A stretch of DNA of 64,000 nt from Marsupella aquatica (GCA_973895155.1 OZ316897.1:21365455-21429454); one strand, 5' to 3'; shown: positions 44,644 through 59,618, counted from the first letter of the stretch. A program made the numbers and translations. The notes: generated by a model not told the origin, from the sequence alone.

Positions 44644-47600
44644 CAGGGGGATGGGACTTATTGAATCATCTTGGGTTTTGTTCACCCTAGGATCTTGGGT
44701 CCCCTCTTGGGTCCAGGCCATGGCAATCGAGCACAGCAGGTTGGGGCGAGGAGGAAGGAAGCGCTGTAGGGAGAGAGCCAAGCAGCGGAGGGATTGACAT
44801 CTTGTTGCTGCAAGGTTTTGGGTTGTCGCTCTCTTGTCATTGTCAACGGTGGGTTAAGCGCAATTGTCGGGAGGGAGGGTTGCCGTGCGGTTGTCAAATG
44901 GCCAAGCAAGGGGGAGGTTGAGCCAACAAGTAGGTGGGGCGCTAACTAAGGCATGGCCTCAAGTCAGGCGGTCCAAGCGTCTTGAGCCGCGCTTATCAGG
45001 GCGGTTGTTGGAGCTGGCTTTTTGCATGGGCCGTGTTAGAGTGGGCTTGTCTGGGCCATTGTTGTCAATCTCGGGGGCCTCAATCCAAGGGGTTTCCCAT
45101 ATCACGCTCGAAGTTTTGGGAGAATAAACACCCTAAAAGTTAAGTCAATAAAGTCTCGGGGGGGTCACTATATGAAGGGTCATACATCACGTGCGACGGT
45201 TTGGGTCATTTATGACCCCCCTAAGTCACTTTCTAGAAAGTTGTACGGCACCAATCATGTGATGACATGTATGCATTTTGCAATTAAACAACCCTATATT
45301 TCCATAGAAGACTTAATAAGTCTTCCGCCAAAACCATTTAAATGGCCCTATACTTCGTCGCACATGATATGCCACTTCCATGGAAGTGACCCCCCCAAGA
45401 ATAAAGTTTTTTTTTGGAAGTTTTGTGCCCCTAAATTAATAGAATATTCCAAGAATATTCTCTTATTTGATTTTAAAAAACCCTATGATTCTTATAATTC
45501 TCAAAATTGAAATAATGTTCTTCAACAAAAATTTAAAAGTATTTCACTAAACCCAATAAAAAACCCTATACTTATTCGCGCGTGATGGGTCGGAAGAAAA
45601 GAAGTGAGGACCCCGGGTTGTCAATGGCCGGTTGCTGGTCGTCAGCGTCAGGCAGCAGCTTGGCCGGGGCGGGGTCATGAAGCAAGAGAGGGATCCAGAA
45701 GAGGGAGCGGCGGCCGAGAGGAGGAAATTTGGGGAGCGCAGCCAATAGAAGGCCCGGTTCAAGGAGCGCGCAGCCGAAAGGTGGGTCAGCGGGAGGGACG
45801 GAATGTGAGGGAGTGGGAGCGCAGGGCTGGCTCAAGGGCTGGCTAGCAAGTAGGGCTTTCCAAAACTCAGGCTCACCGCCATATTCAGAGGGTCATCACA
45901 ACTCAATAACACCATAGGGGGTCTCCATGGCCCGGGTCCGTGGCTTGTTGCCGCCGCAATGCATACGACTCGACATTGTATTTCCAACCGCCTTGCATTT
46001 TTTTCCTATTGCTTCTCTTTTTTGTGGTGAAAACAAGATGGCAAGTTTAAACGATGACCACGAGATCAATCCGCAACCTCTTATTATAGTTTAGTATACT
46101 TAAACAGAAGGGGCTCCCGAAGAGGCTTCAAAATGTTGTGTTCAAATCAAGTTTTTGTACCTAGGACATTCCATGCTTTTTGCACATGACACTGGAAGCC
46201 TAAAGAAGAATCTACAAGCTTACTCCAACAAGGCAATGAGGAAAGCGTTTAATGGACTGGTGTTACTATGGTCAATGAAGATCAATTTCTCATAATATTG
46301 ATCTTCATTGGTAACCGTTTAGCTGATGAAATCCTATCAGCACATACATAAGTGCAACATGATATATTCTTGGATATATTGTGAAAGATCACTGACATTG
46401 GATCTGGGCAGGGCAAGGAGGTTGATAATATTAGTAATGACCAATTGAGTGACCAATCAGGCAGGTTGATGGTGAGCAAAGTATGGGCCTAAAATCAAGA
46501 TTGATTGGTTCCATAGCTTATATATGGGAAACACTTTCTTAAGTAATTTTGGAAATGGCATGATTGCTATCTCAATAGAAGAGTAATATTCAACATCAAT
46601 GCTTCCAAATTTGTGTGACAGTTGACCCTGCAATTGTCGATAACATGATTTTGGACCAATGAGAAGTGTGACACACTGCTCATTAAGCCCAACTCTGTTT
46701 TGTTTCAAAGGCAATGCAAACCCCTATAAATTGGACACTGACATGTGAAACCTAATGTTTGCTATATTGCATCGTCACATGAATGCAGTGGGGAATGTAG
46801 GTTGTGATACACACATCCTCCACATTTGCAAACTTCAAAAAGTAGCACAAATTCCCAACCAATAGTATTCTGGACCAAGACAACCATGTAGTTGTGGGTT
46901 GACATGACTAATCCAGGTTACTTGAAACTTAATTAATCATGGTTAATGGAAGTCTGGATTGTGGATCGGACTTTTGCCGTGTGGAGTTTTGCAATTTGTA
47001 AATTTGAGCTGTAATTTCATTGTCCTCTACATTGCTCGGGCGACAAACATTTTATGAACATTTTGATTTTATGGATTGTCTGATTGCCATACATGCTGAG
47101 TTTTGCCGAGCAGATATGTGCTGTTTGTAAATTTCCAAGTTGATTTTGTTGTCCTCTACATGGCTTGAGCAACAAAATATTTATGTTTGAATGGATTCAA
47201 CTAACATGAGGTAATTTGATGAATGTGGTTTTGTTCTAAGGGTAACTATATATTATGTAATTTGGTCAAAAGTACTGTGAGGTAACTTTTTATTCATTGT
47301 GATGGTAAAAGTTCAAGTAAGTTGTAGTTGGTAATTTATTTCAAATTGTCTGGAAACAAGGAGCCAAAAAGGATGGGTAATAAGCCCAAACTAAAAGAAC
47401 TTTTGCTCCAAAAGCGCAAAAAGCTCAAAAATGAACCTAAAAAATATCCCTTTCTCTGCAAAATCTTCATGGATGGAACAAATGCCCAAAATATGTTATC
47501 ATTTTGAGCCATTCAAAACATAAAATGGACCATAATAAATTATTAATCTTCATACAATCTATTTTCAATCTTAACAATTTGCACTTGCACATGTTCAAGA

Positions 47601-50600
47601 GATCATTTGTCTAGTTTATCCTTAAATATCATCTTAAAGTTGATTGGAATCAAAAATATCTAAAACACTTTCAAATATATACTAAAAATTTCAAATGAGT
47701 CTTGTAATGAATTGTTTGTCTTTAATCTATCTCACACAAACCAATTACACTATTATTATTTTCAAAGTGTAACCCTCCCTTAGAAATTATTCATGAATTC
47801 ATGAGTTAGTCATTTTAATATTTTTGAATCTCAACAAATTTAAGTAGCAATAGTTACTCCAACTCTCTCATTCCCAAATCTCTAATGTTCACATAAGTTT
47901 TAGTGGATTGGAATACTTATTTGCATTCACTTAGAAAAAAACTTCATTCTTAATTTTTAATTAGAACCTTGCATAGTAAAATACCAAAGTTTTCCTAGCA
48001 TTTATAATACTCTTTGTCTTTATTGGAGTTGATGTTTTCTTGTACTTTATTCCAAAGTAATCATTCATTACTCTCTTTGTCTTTACTTGAGTTTGTGTTC
48101 TTTGTCAAATTCTTCATTCATAACTCTTTTTGTTCCTTTTTTTGTCATTTTCTTTGTCTTGAGTAACCTTTCTTTAAATTATTTTCTTTACGTTTGTATG
48201 CAATTTTTCTCTCTTTTTAAGATTCCCATACTTGATGCCAGATTCACTTCATGAATTCATGAAAAAGAATCCTGGATCAAGATTAAAGAATCTTGAAAAC
48301 AGGGTTCATGAATTCATGAAGCTTTTGGATGCACAAGCTTCATGAATACACTAAGCTTAGGTTTTTAAAAGGTGAAGGGCAAAGTTGGTTAACAACAATC
48401 CATGATGGAAGATGAGTGAGCTATGATAGGCACATTGCAATGGGCGAGTTGCGACCAGCTGCAATGGACAAAATGACAACATGTAACCCATAAAGGGTAC
48501 AAGATAGGCAATTAGCGATTAAACATAGGTTGCCAAGGGCAATTGAGTGTTGATGTGTGATGGGTAAAGGCTTCTGATCTCTGATGTTGTTAGTGACTTT
48601 GTTCATAAAGAGTATATTTTCTTGTAACATTTAATTTGTTGGTGATCTTTGAGCCCAAACTCCAATGTTGAGTTAAATTTGGAAATATTAATTATGAAAA
48701 AACTTGTGTCTAAAGCATTGTGTTAATTATGGTGTGAAAATCCAAGGTCAGGAAATATTAAATATATGATGATTTTTTGTGTTGTTTTTTATGACATTTT
48801 GGAAAATCAGAAAATTTTGAAAAAGAGAATTAAGGCCTTGGACCCATCCTTTAAGGCTTCTTGTTTGGATTGGAACATTTTGATGGTGAAATGCAGAATC
48901 TGATACTTGCATCCGAGTTAGGTCTTTCAACGGTAAGTTTTGGTTTTGGGGTCAAAACACTATTTTCATATTTTCTATCTCTCAGGAGAACATAAATCCA
49001 TGGTTTTTGCTGATTATTTACTAATAAGTTTGAGGACCCCTGACCCCGCCCCTGACTATTGCTGATTAGTTTGCAGCCTCAAAAAAATCTTGTTGAACAC
49101 TCGTTGAACATTTTGACCTGCGATGCTCTTTAATTGGGCAACCCAGAAAAGTGATTCCATCACAAATTCCACTCATCCACGCAACAACAGCATCTCACTC
49201 GGATTCCAATCCATGTTAATATGTCCTAGAATCCTTTTCAATCAGTTAGTCTCAAATCCGTCCAATTTCTCTTAGCATTGACTTCGGATTGTTTGTTTCC
49301 ATCGCTCAATCTATTCATGATTTGATCAATTTTGCTGGTTTGTAGGACTAGCTGGTGCATGATCCTGCCTCTGAATTCTTGGAGATTCGTGGACTTCAAA
49401 ATCCTCTAATTTCAATTATTGTGTTGTTCCTTTTGGTTTTCCCACGACCTACTTATAATAGAACGCTTCAATGTGTGGTGTAGAGTGTTCCATATTGTTG
49501 GAGATCTATCAATCCACAACTCTAGGGCAATTAAACAACCTTCACAATACTTTGTTTGCCTAGTACCAAATGTAGAGTTGGTTACGATTGCCATAATTTT
49601 GGCAACTGTTTTAATTGTTGCAAATATTCAACTATTTATTAATTATCTTATGTTTTTACTCAATAAAAAGAAATGGTAACTGAAATGGTTATATATGTCA
49701 AATAAAATTACATTCTATTTTATGACATGGTGCCCTAAATTTGATCCAGAACTTGCCACAAACATGAAAGGAGGACGTATTTCAATTTTAAAACAAATCT
49801 ATTCTTTTTTGTAGCACACCATGATGACATGGCACATTGTGAAGTCTTAAATTTTGCAAATGACCCCTGATGGGGATTTGTAATGATATTTTTCCAAAAT
49901 GAATTGCATGTCTCAACCTATGAATTTTAGGGTTCTGGCCCATTCCTAAGTTTAGCTACTCAATCCAAACTCCAATACCAGATTGATTTTTTGGGGAAAT
50001 ATATAGGTTTGAACATAAAAAGTTGAATAATTGGCTGAAAATAAAAACGCCCTTCTTGTTTGTAGAAATACTTCTTAAATGTTCTGTCCAGAATTGTGCT
50101 AAAGACCAAATCACAAAAATATATGTAACATCTAATTCAACTAGGTGGAGAGAACTTTAATTGAGTTTTTACATTTGATTGAGCACCATGAGAACCACCA
50201 TGAGATTGACAAAAACGAAGAGGGAAAATAGCTTACAAGATCAAGTACGTCTACAAGCTAGATCAAGTGGTCTGCTTTGGTTGGATCCAGATGTAGTTCA
50301 TCAAATTTTGGAAGATTGTCAATTTTAAGAAGAGGACTAGATTTCACCATCCTAAATAGATGGGAGGTAGCTAGGTTGATGTACATCACTCAATTGAAAT
50401 GGGAGGATTGAGTAGTAGGTGTCTTAGCTTAATTTTGTTCTCTATTTAAACTAGGATACTTGTATCAACTTTACTCTGGGCAATCAAACTATCTGAGTCA
50501 ATTGCAAACATTCTTTCACTTCCTTGCAAATTCACAATTTCACATGATAAATAACCATGGAGTGCACGTGTCATTCCATCCAATTGATACCATTGTACAG

Positions 50601-50727
50601 TGCAGTATGCAAGAACTTGTGTTGTGAGGGACAGTGATGATGTAAACTATGACATGGTGGGAACATATTAACATGGATTTGGTTTTATGTGTTAGACACT
50701 CAAGGGGCTTTTCCAATTCTGGGGTGA

Positions 50728-51061
50728 ATTCTGGGGTGAATTTTGGAGTTACAAACTCTCAAGATGACAGAAGTGGAGAGCCTGACCAAACCGCTACAGG
50801 ATTTCCGCACCTTAATTGATCAACTCTCTTAGGCTGGAGTGATCTGTGCCTAATAATTATCGCAATGGTTGAGTTCTTTGGGAGATCAAAGTAAATTCTG
50901 GGGTGAATTTTGGAGTTACAAACTCTCAAGATGACAGAAGTGGAGAGCCTGACCAAACTGCTACAGGATTTCCGCACCTTAATTGATCAACTCTCTTAGG
51001 CTGGAGTGATCTGTGCCTAATAATTATCGCAATGGTTGAGTTCTTTGGGAGATCAAAGTAA
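50728..51061. repeat. 167-bp tandem duplication, two nearly identical copies, inside the gag remnant
   Basis: TTTTGGAGTTACAAACTCTCAAG starts at 50741 and again at 50908. Confidence 0.9.
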
Positions 51062-52382
51062 TTTATCACTCCAGAAAGTAATAACGTATCATGCATTCAA
51101 GAAGAGAAGATGATGAAGTCACAGACCATGTATTGAACCCACAATAGCGCTCTTCGGTAAAGGCGTTGGCTAGCTCTCCACCAGACAAGACCACCAGACA
51201 AGACCAAGACTGCAGACCGTGCAAGACAAGGTAATGGTAGTGGACGAAATTCTTGTAGAGGCGTAGGCCCTTCTAAGCCAAGATTTCCTCCCAATCCTTT
51301 AAGTAGAGAAGAATCGTCTTCTACTACTGATTGGCTACTCCATCATCATTTAGTACCACTTATCATCAAAAACTCTCTATGATATAAATAATTATGGTTT
51401 TCTCACAAACCATCTTTATCTCAAGGTTCGAGTTTTGGCAGCCCAGCTTTTGCAAAGATCACTGATTATATTTCTGAGTTGGATTCTCATACTAGATAAT
51501 GTAGCTTTCTTGGTTATATGACCAAAATAAAGCTAGATCTGCATCTTGAAAGAGAAAGTTAGAGATTAAAATATTATACTTTCCATAGATATCATTGTAC
51601 TTGACGATGAAGTTGGCTTTGTTATCTAGGATTCTTCAACTGTTCCTCCATAAGCTGATCGAACCTTACATTTTCAATTTTTCTCCGATCCTAATCCCTC
51701 GGTTACCTCTCCTCCATCCTCATCTGCTCGGGAACTGCTTCATCCTCTTGCCTGCCGATCGAGCTTCAATTCATTTCCAATGTCTCATTAATTCTACTCC
51801 TATCAATTCGCCCTCATCTTGTTCTGGTGATGGTCGAACTTACCTTCATTATGAATGGCATACGTTTCAAAGTAACTCCTGAAATCGCTAGTAGACGCAA
51901 TGAACGTATCACCAAGGAAATTGAGCTTCTCAAATTGGGAAATTGAGCTTCTCAAATTGCATACAATGTACGTATCACCAAGGAAGTTGAATGTTACGAT
52001 GCTTTTCATGAAGCTTAAAACTTGCAGAAACAAAAAAGGTGGGCTTTACTATCTTTTAGTTTATTTTCTGAACCAACAACTTACTAACAAGCTAGCTACA
52101 ACAGGAGGACCCAATGCTCATCACTAGAAGAATTGTAACAATTTCTGAGGAAGTCCAAAATTAAGTGGTTACTATGCTGGTCTAGAAACTTGTCCCACTT
52201 TCTCCTAACCTAACTACTGTTGACTGTCGGTGAAATCCACAAATATGAAGCTTCACTCAAGTTCCTAAACATCTATTATGAGGAAACCTTATCACCTACA
52301 ATTAATTTAGCTCTAATCTCTTTGATTGTTGATAGATAAGTTGATTGCCTTAGTTACTTCTCTCAATCTTCAACTCCATCAG

Positions 52383-52765
52383 TTTGCGTTGGAAAACCCT
52401 TAGCTTTATTAATAGCTAGCATGCACCATTACAATCCCAATAGGACACCCGTCAAGAATTCCCAAGCCAATACCTGACAGCAACAAGTGAACCAAGCGAC
52501 CCAAGGTTACAATACATGATCGAGACGCACAGACTAGAAAGCAAGAGCAAACGCCACCCAGGGTGGCCAGTAGATCATGGAGATGGACAGATGAGTGAAC
52601 TGATCGACCTGCCACAGATGGCCGGCCTCAAATCTAAAATTACAGAATCTAGCAACCAATGTAGCCAACAGACAGCGCTACCCATGAATATGAGTAGAAG
52701 TTTGACATCATTAGATATATATTGCACGCAATGGTAGCATGTTAAATTAGCACAGAAATCACCCT
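52383..52765. repeat. ~380-bp dispersed repeat; second copy at 53988-54192 plus 59072-59270 is split by the Copia insertion
   Basis: TTGCGTTGGAAA(A)CCCTTAGCTTTATT...GGGTGGCCA(G/A)TAGATCATGGAGATGGACAGATGAGT...GCACAGAAATCAC is present in both copies. Confidence 0.85.
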
Positions 52766-54192
52766 CGAAACTTGGCCCACTTCTTCCTAACCTCCATTCC
52801 TACCCATTTCTCTAATATGGTGGCCGAGAACTCCTGTGGGATCTCTTACTTCGTGAACTCATATGATTAAATATTATTATTTGCTCCAACTTTACAGATT
52901 TAACCTTTGCCTCAATCTCTTGATTTATAGATTTACTCTCTCAACTTAACTACTGTTGGCTGCCCGGTGAGTGTTCAAAGTTAAACCCACTTTTGATGGT
53001 AGAATTTGATGGTAGAATCTTCGATGTCCTACATAAAGACTCAGCTTTTCTTTTCCTTGCTTTTATAAGCTAGCTGACGACACCATTATTGCATGCTAGT
53101 TCTAGTTACCTTGGTCCAACTCGTCAAATACATGCTTCATAATGAATTCAAGATGATCTTACCACTGACCTTGGCGAGGCTAAGCATCTATTGAGAATGC
53201 ACATATGTTCAACGTGACAGAGATCTAGGTTGGATTCGTCTGAATCGATCCGTCTACCTATATAGCTAGCCACTAAACTCAAACATTGTCACATGTAAAA
53301 TTGTAAACCCATTTCGACTCGTTCTGAATTTGGTTTAATTATAGCTATCTTAATTTCGCTATCCTAAGGGTACTAAACACTATTACTTGCAGTACCAACA
53401 ATCAGCTACTAATCCTTTATGTTTGGCGGATTTCCTTACGGTGATATCAACTCCCAAAAGTCAACCAGTGGTTATTGTTTTCTACTCGCATGGGGAGAAA
53501 TCAATTGGTCGAGCAGGAAAACAAAAGTTGGTAACCATCCATCCAGTTAGTCAGTCAATCCCTGTAGTGCTCACATGGATTGATACCCATATAGAGCCTA
53601 GATGAATTCTATCCACTAGATTTGTCTGGTGCGTCGATCTGTTCATTCTTACCGAGATGAACACTCTTAGAGCAACCTTAATTCAGGTGACATAGACAGA
53701 GACACCTCTTCAGTGTGACTATCAGCTTAGTTTTGTTCTCTATTTAAACTAGGACACTTGTATCGGGGGCTTTACTCTGAGCAATCACGCTATCTGAATT
53801 CAATTACATACATTCATTCCTTCTTTTGTATTCACAATTTCACAACCATAAAATACCTCTGTCAAAACAAGGATGTTCATTGGAAGAGGACGAGTGATCA
53901 ATAAAGTTAAGTAAATGTTTTTTTGGCTATTCTGGGAAGACTAAAGGGAAATCAAGCAAGTTCGAGCAATGCAGCTTGCATTATGGCTTGCGTTGGAAAC
54001 CCTTAGCTTTATTAGTAGCTAGCTTGCACCATTACAATCCCAATAGGACATAGAAAGAAGAGGCAGCCCCGTCAGGAATTCCCAAGCCAGCACCTGCAGA
54101 CCACAACAAGTGAACCAAGCTACCCAAGGCTACAATACATGAGACGCGCAGACTAGAAAGCAAGAGCAAAGGCAACCCAGGGTGGCCAATAG

Positions 54193-57100
54193 TGTAGGAA
54201 ATAGAACAGGTATACAATGCAAGAATGAATCGACTTAGATTGAAAATTATCCCCAGAGGGGAAATAAGTACAAGGTGGACCTAGTCCACGGATTGAGCCA
54301 ACAGGCACAACGTAATAGATGCGCCTCTAGGCTTTAGGGTTGAAGACGCACTCTACCAAAAGACGTGACTAAAAACTAATGAGTAACAAGCACACGGATT
54401 GAGATCACTAATGTCTAGTTAATATCTAACACTCTCCCTTAACTAGCATAAGGGATCACTAACAATTAAGCCTTGTCAATAACACCTAAACCTAAAGTAA
54501 ACTTCTCGTGCTTGTCTCGGGTCAGTCCTTTGGTGAAAACATCAGAGATGTTATCGTTCGTGGAGCAGGGTAAAACATTAATCAGTCCTTCTTCAACCTT
54601 CTCTCTAACATAGTGATAGCTGATGTCAATATGCTTGGTTCTCTCATGCTGCTTTGTTGGAGTGATGAGATCAATTCCACTATTGCTGTCACAATAGATT
54701 TGCATAACAGGTTGAGGAAATCTCATGTCGCCAAGCAGGCGCTGCAGCCAAATTGCTTCTGTGGCTGCTTTAGATAACGCCATGTATTCAGCCTCGGTAC
54801 TGGACAAAGAGACTGAAGCTTGTCGTTTAGAGGACCAAGAAACGGCTCCCTGAGCAAAAATGAAGCAGTAGCCGCCGGTAGATCGTCGGGAGTCCAAATC
54901 ACCACCCCAATCAGCATCGGTAAAACCGACAAGGGGTTTTGTATCCTTACTGTAAGTAATTCCCTTTGATATAGTTCCCTTGATGTATCTGAAGATGCGT
55001 TGTACTGCGATCCAGTGTGCTGGGCCAGGATTAGATATGAATTTCGCTACTTGGCCAACAGCGTAGGCAATGTCGGGCCTGGTACAAACCGAGTAGTTTT
55101 GATTTGCTGGAGCAAAGGGAGAAAATTACTTACAAGGATACAATCATCTACGTAGAGAGCAAGGATGACGAAATGTGTGCCAGAAAAATAAATATAGAGA
55201 TTAGAATCAGCACTAGATGGGATAAAACCCAGGCTTCGTAAGAAAGCATCAAACTTTTTATACCACAGGCGAGCTGATTGCTTAAGCCCGTAGAGAGCTT
55301 GAAACAAAGAAGCGCAAAGGCTCGCTGATGTTGGGCCCGAAGTTTAGCCTCCTGCGTAGGAGACAGCAAACCAGGGGGAATCGTCATATAGATCTTTTCA
55401 CGCAAGGTGCCGTGAAGAAAAGCGGTTTTTACATCAAGTTGATGTAATTCAAGATCGTGATGGGCAACAAGAGCAATAAGAAGACGAATAGTGGAAAGCT
55501 TGACCACTGGAGAATAAGTTTCAGTGTAATCAACGCCAGGAACTTGAGAGAAACCTCTGGCAACTAAACGGGCTTTGTACCGCTTAACATTACCAAAAGC
55601 GTCTAATTTGGTCTTGAAAACCCATTTGCAGGTAACAGGCTTTCGATTAGGAGGCAATGCAGTAACTTCCCAAGTTTTATTCTTGATGAGAGAATGAAGT
55701 TCGTCCGTGATTGCAGCCTGCCAATGGGAGGCGTTAGGACCAGAAATAGCTTCCTCATAAGTCTCAGGTTCGATGACCGGAGTAGGAGAATAAACAGCAT
55801 TGCCATGGGCTGCGTCATAGAACTGAGGGGCTTGACGCTTCCGCTCTCCCCGAGACAAATAATTGAGATGGGTAAAAGTCGGGCCAATCGTAGACTTAGG
55901 TTGCACTCGCCGTTGATAAGTAATAATAGGTTGAACAGAAGAAACGGGTGGAGTAGAAGAAACAGGGAGTGGGGAAGGTGGCGTGAGAGGAAGTGATGAA
56001 ACAGGCTGCATCACAGGAGCAGAGTGGATAGAATGGATAGGTGGTCCAACAGAAGGAGAGATGTCAAGAAGGGATTGACTGGGTGATGAAGCAGTATAAA
56101 AGTCGGGATCAGAGAGAAGATCCAAGGGGGAAGAATCATCACTAGAGGAGTTAAATGAAGGAACATGATGAGCAGTAAGATGCTCGAAGAAACGGACATC
56201 ACGAGAAAGAAGAATGCGCTTATCTGCAATTCGCTGAAGACGATAGGCCTTGGATTGCAGATCGTATCCAAGGAATATGCACTGCTGAGATTTAGGATCC
56301 AATTTGGATCGATTTACAGGTGGAATAAAAGCAAACGCAATACAACCAAAAATACGCAGTAGAGAAAGATCGGGCTTGTTACCAAACCAAGCTCGTAAGG
56401 AGTGGAATATTTGTTAATAGCCTTAGTAGGACTGCGATTTTGGAGAAAATTAGCAGTAAGCAGAGCTTCGCCCCAATAGGACTTAGATAAGCCTGATTCA
56501 CTCAGCAAAGATCGAACAGCATTAAGCAAAGTACGATTCTTCCGCTCAGCCACGCCATTTTGTTGAGGAGAATATGGAGTGCTAAATTGACGTAAGATGC
56601 CACGGTTTTTGCAGAAAAGAAGAAATTCAGAAGATTTATACTCTCCTCCGTTATCTGAACGGAGAATCTTCAATTTGTGATCAATCTGGTTTTCAGCATA
56701 GGTTAAGAATTCCTTGAAGCGAGAGAAAACTTCATGCTTATACTGCAGGAGATAAACCTGAGTATAACGGGAGTAGTCGGAGTAGTCGTCAATAAAGGTA
56801 ACAAAATACCGGAAACCAGTATGAGTGGCATAAGAGATAGGGCCGCACACGTCAGAGTGAAGTAAAGCGAGAGGCTCAGTAGTTCGTGTTCCTCCATCAG
56901 GAGGAAACTTGGTGCGATCTTGCTTACCATGGACACAAGAAATGCACTGAGAAAAAGAAGACAGGTTTAATAGATCAAGTCCATGAGCCAGATGGTGAGA
57001 CTGCATCTGATGGAGACGTGCTTTACTAATGTGGCCAAGTCGTCGATGCCACAGGGTAGTTGACGTGGAGGCCGAGTAAGGAATAATAGAACCGTCAGTA

Positions 57101-59066
57101 GAAACAGGAGCGGCCTGAGAAGGGAGAAGTGTCTCTCCCAGAAGCCAGAAATTATTAACGCGAGGGCAAGTCGCAATAAGATTGCGAGAAGAATCATAGA
57201 GAGAAATGCGATCATCTTGAAGGGATAGGGATCCCTTTTCTGTGCTCAATTGAACTGCTGAGTACAGATTCTTATCAAGCGATGGAACATATAAAACATT
57301 GGTTAAAGAATAGTTGGCGCCAGAATCAGTAAGGCGGACATAAATAGTTCCATGGCCCTTAATAGGAATTGAGGACCCATCAGCAAGATGTAATGATCGT
57401 TCAGAAGGATATTCAGCAAAATCAGAGAAACCAGATCGTTGATAGGTCATATGCTGAGAGGCAGCAGTGTCAACATACCACTGAGAATTTGTAGATTGAT
57501 CAGAAGGGCAATAAACACAATAGGCACTGAAGTGAGGAGAGGCTGAAGTAGTACCAGACTGCTTCTGCTCACGAGCAATGCGCTTCCGGCAGTCTCGTAT
57601 GTGGTGGCCCTTCTTATGACAATAACGACAAAAAATAGTTGATCGTGAAAACTCAGAATCATTAGAAGGAGAAGCCTTAGGCAGGTCGGTAACAGAAGTA
57701 CTTGGTGAAGTACCGTAACCAGAAGGCTTTTTCCACTCGGGTCGAAATTTACCCTTGAACTTGCCTTTAGAAAAGGATGATGGAGCATCTGTCACGGCAA
57801 GAGCAGTAACCTGATCAGCAAGTCCTTCAGCTTTCATAAATAGTTCTTCTTGGAGAAGAAGTGTGATAACGTCTGCCAAGGTGAGATTCCGCTGACCACG
57901 AAGAGAAGTGATAAAGCTTTTATACTCGGCAGGCATACTGCGAAGAAGATGCAATTTAGCTTGCTGATCTGAAACGGGAGCATTAGCAGAGGCAAGCTGC
58001 TCCATGTGTGCACGAAGATTTACAACATGTCGTGAGACACTGTTGCCTGGTTTCATCTTGAAAGTTGAAATGGCATCTTGTAATTGCATAACAGTGACGT
58101 CATCTGTTGCAAAATAAGTGTTACACAGATCTTGCCAAGCATCATGAGCTTTGGCAAAACGACTAACAGCTTGCACAAATTCGGGCATAAGCGCAGAAAT
58201 GATGAGATCGAGAGCAATAAAATTGCGATGGTTCCAGTCTGCAACGCTGCCAGATCCGTTAGCAGGGGCAGTTGCAGGATTAGGAGAAAGTTCAGTGCCA
58301 TCTGCTATGGCATAAACATTAGCGACCTGCATCTTAATCATGATTCGGTGTTTCCAGGAATGGAAATACTTTCCGTTGAATTTCTGAAAATGTGAATCAA
58401 GACGGATTCCAGTAATGTCTGTAGTAGAGGATAAAACTGGAGGATTGGCAGGGGGATTGGCCGGTGGTGGATTAGCCGGTAGTGGATTAGACATTTTGAA
58501 TAGTGGGAAAAGTTTAAGAAAGAAATCCCAAAAATATTGCAGAGATTGCCTAAGCAATTTCCGAATACTCTAAAATGTGTGGTGAAGATCCAGAAAAGAA
58601 TGAGGATCTAATAAATCAATTGCTCAACAGCTAATTGATATGATGACAAATTGGGCTGCAGTCCCAATCTGATGAAGTCAATTGAATACAATTCTATAAA
58701 CGAGAGAAAGAATGAGAATACTTAAGAACGAAAAACTAGACAGAGGCGTCCCTGAGTCTAAGTTGATCAGAAGATAATTCTCACGATAAAGAATCTCGTA
58801 GTAAGATAAAATTGCTCTGATACCATGTAGGAAATAGAACAGGTATACAATGCAAGAATGAATCGACTTAGATTGAAAATTATCCCCAGAGGGGAAATAA
58901 GTACAAGGTGGACCTAGTCCACGGATTGAGCCAACAGGCACAACGTAATAGATGCGCCTCTAGGCTTCAGGGTTGAAGAGGCACTCTACCAAAAGACGTG
59001 ACTAAGAACTAATGAGTAACAAGCACACGGATTGAGATCACTAATGTTTAGAGTTAATATCTAACA
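54193..59066 (-). mobile_element. Ty1/copia LTR retrotransposon with both LTRs, PBS, PPT and 5-bp TSD
   Basis: LTRs at 54193-54431 and 58826-59066 (TG..CA; about 4 substitutions and a 2-bp indel), TSD AATAG, tRNA-iMet PBS TGGTATCAGAGC at 58814-58825, PPT AAGGGAGAG at 54432-54440. Confidence 0.97.
54466..58494 (-). pseudogene. Copia gag-PR-INT-RT-RH polyprotein, frameshifted (~56385, ~55310) with an RT deletion (~55090)
   Basis: Motifs CRYCHKKGHHIRDC, WYVDTAASQHM, WHRRLGH, LRSDNGGEY, QQNGVAERKNR, YKARLVARGFSQ, LYVDD and KHIDISYHYVRE. Confidence 0.95.
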
Positions 59067-59618
59067 AATAGATCATGGAGATGGACAGATGAGTAAACTG
59101 ATCGACTTGCCACGGATGGCCTCAAATCTAATAAAAATTGCAGAATCCAGCAACCAATGTAGCCAATTACAGACAGCGCGACCCATGAACATGAGTAGAA
59201 GTAAGTGACATCGATCATTAGATATATATTGCACGCAATGATAGAATATGAAAATAGCACAGAAATCACAATCTTTTCCCTTGTTTTTACAATTGACCAC
59301 ATTCAAAACTACCACAACTTATCAGGAGCTCATATCTCATGCACCACCAATAATAGCAGACTTTGATTACCTCGCAAATGTTGAATTTGATAAGTAAATA
59401 GGTAAATACTTTATCAAAAATTATTCTCAAAAAAATAATTTCTGAACAGAATCCTGTAAAGTCTATACAAAATTGACTTTGGCCCTTTTGTACAGACAAA
59501 AGATGCCATTATTGCAGAAGTCCGCTTCCTAAACGAGTTACTGTAGATTCTTGTCATCTAAAAATAATTGGCTAGCTTCTAAAGGAGATCCAGTCTGTCG
59601 TTTGGCTTGATCATGTAC

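Larger units (their letters stand above)
50425..53844 (+). mobile_element. Old, heavily deleted Ty1/copia element
   Basis: Diverged direct repeats at 50425-50544 and 53723-53844 end in TTCACAATTTCACA. Gag remnant LKMTEVESLTKLLQDFRTLIDQL at ~50920-50990 and RT remnant TDLGEAKHLL..DRDLGWIRL at ~53160-53245. Confidence 0.65.
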
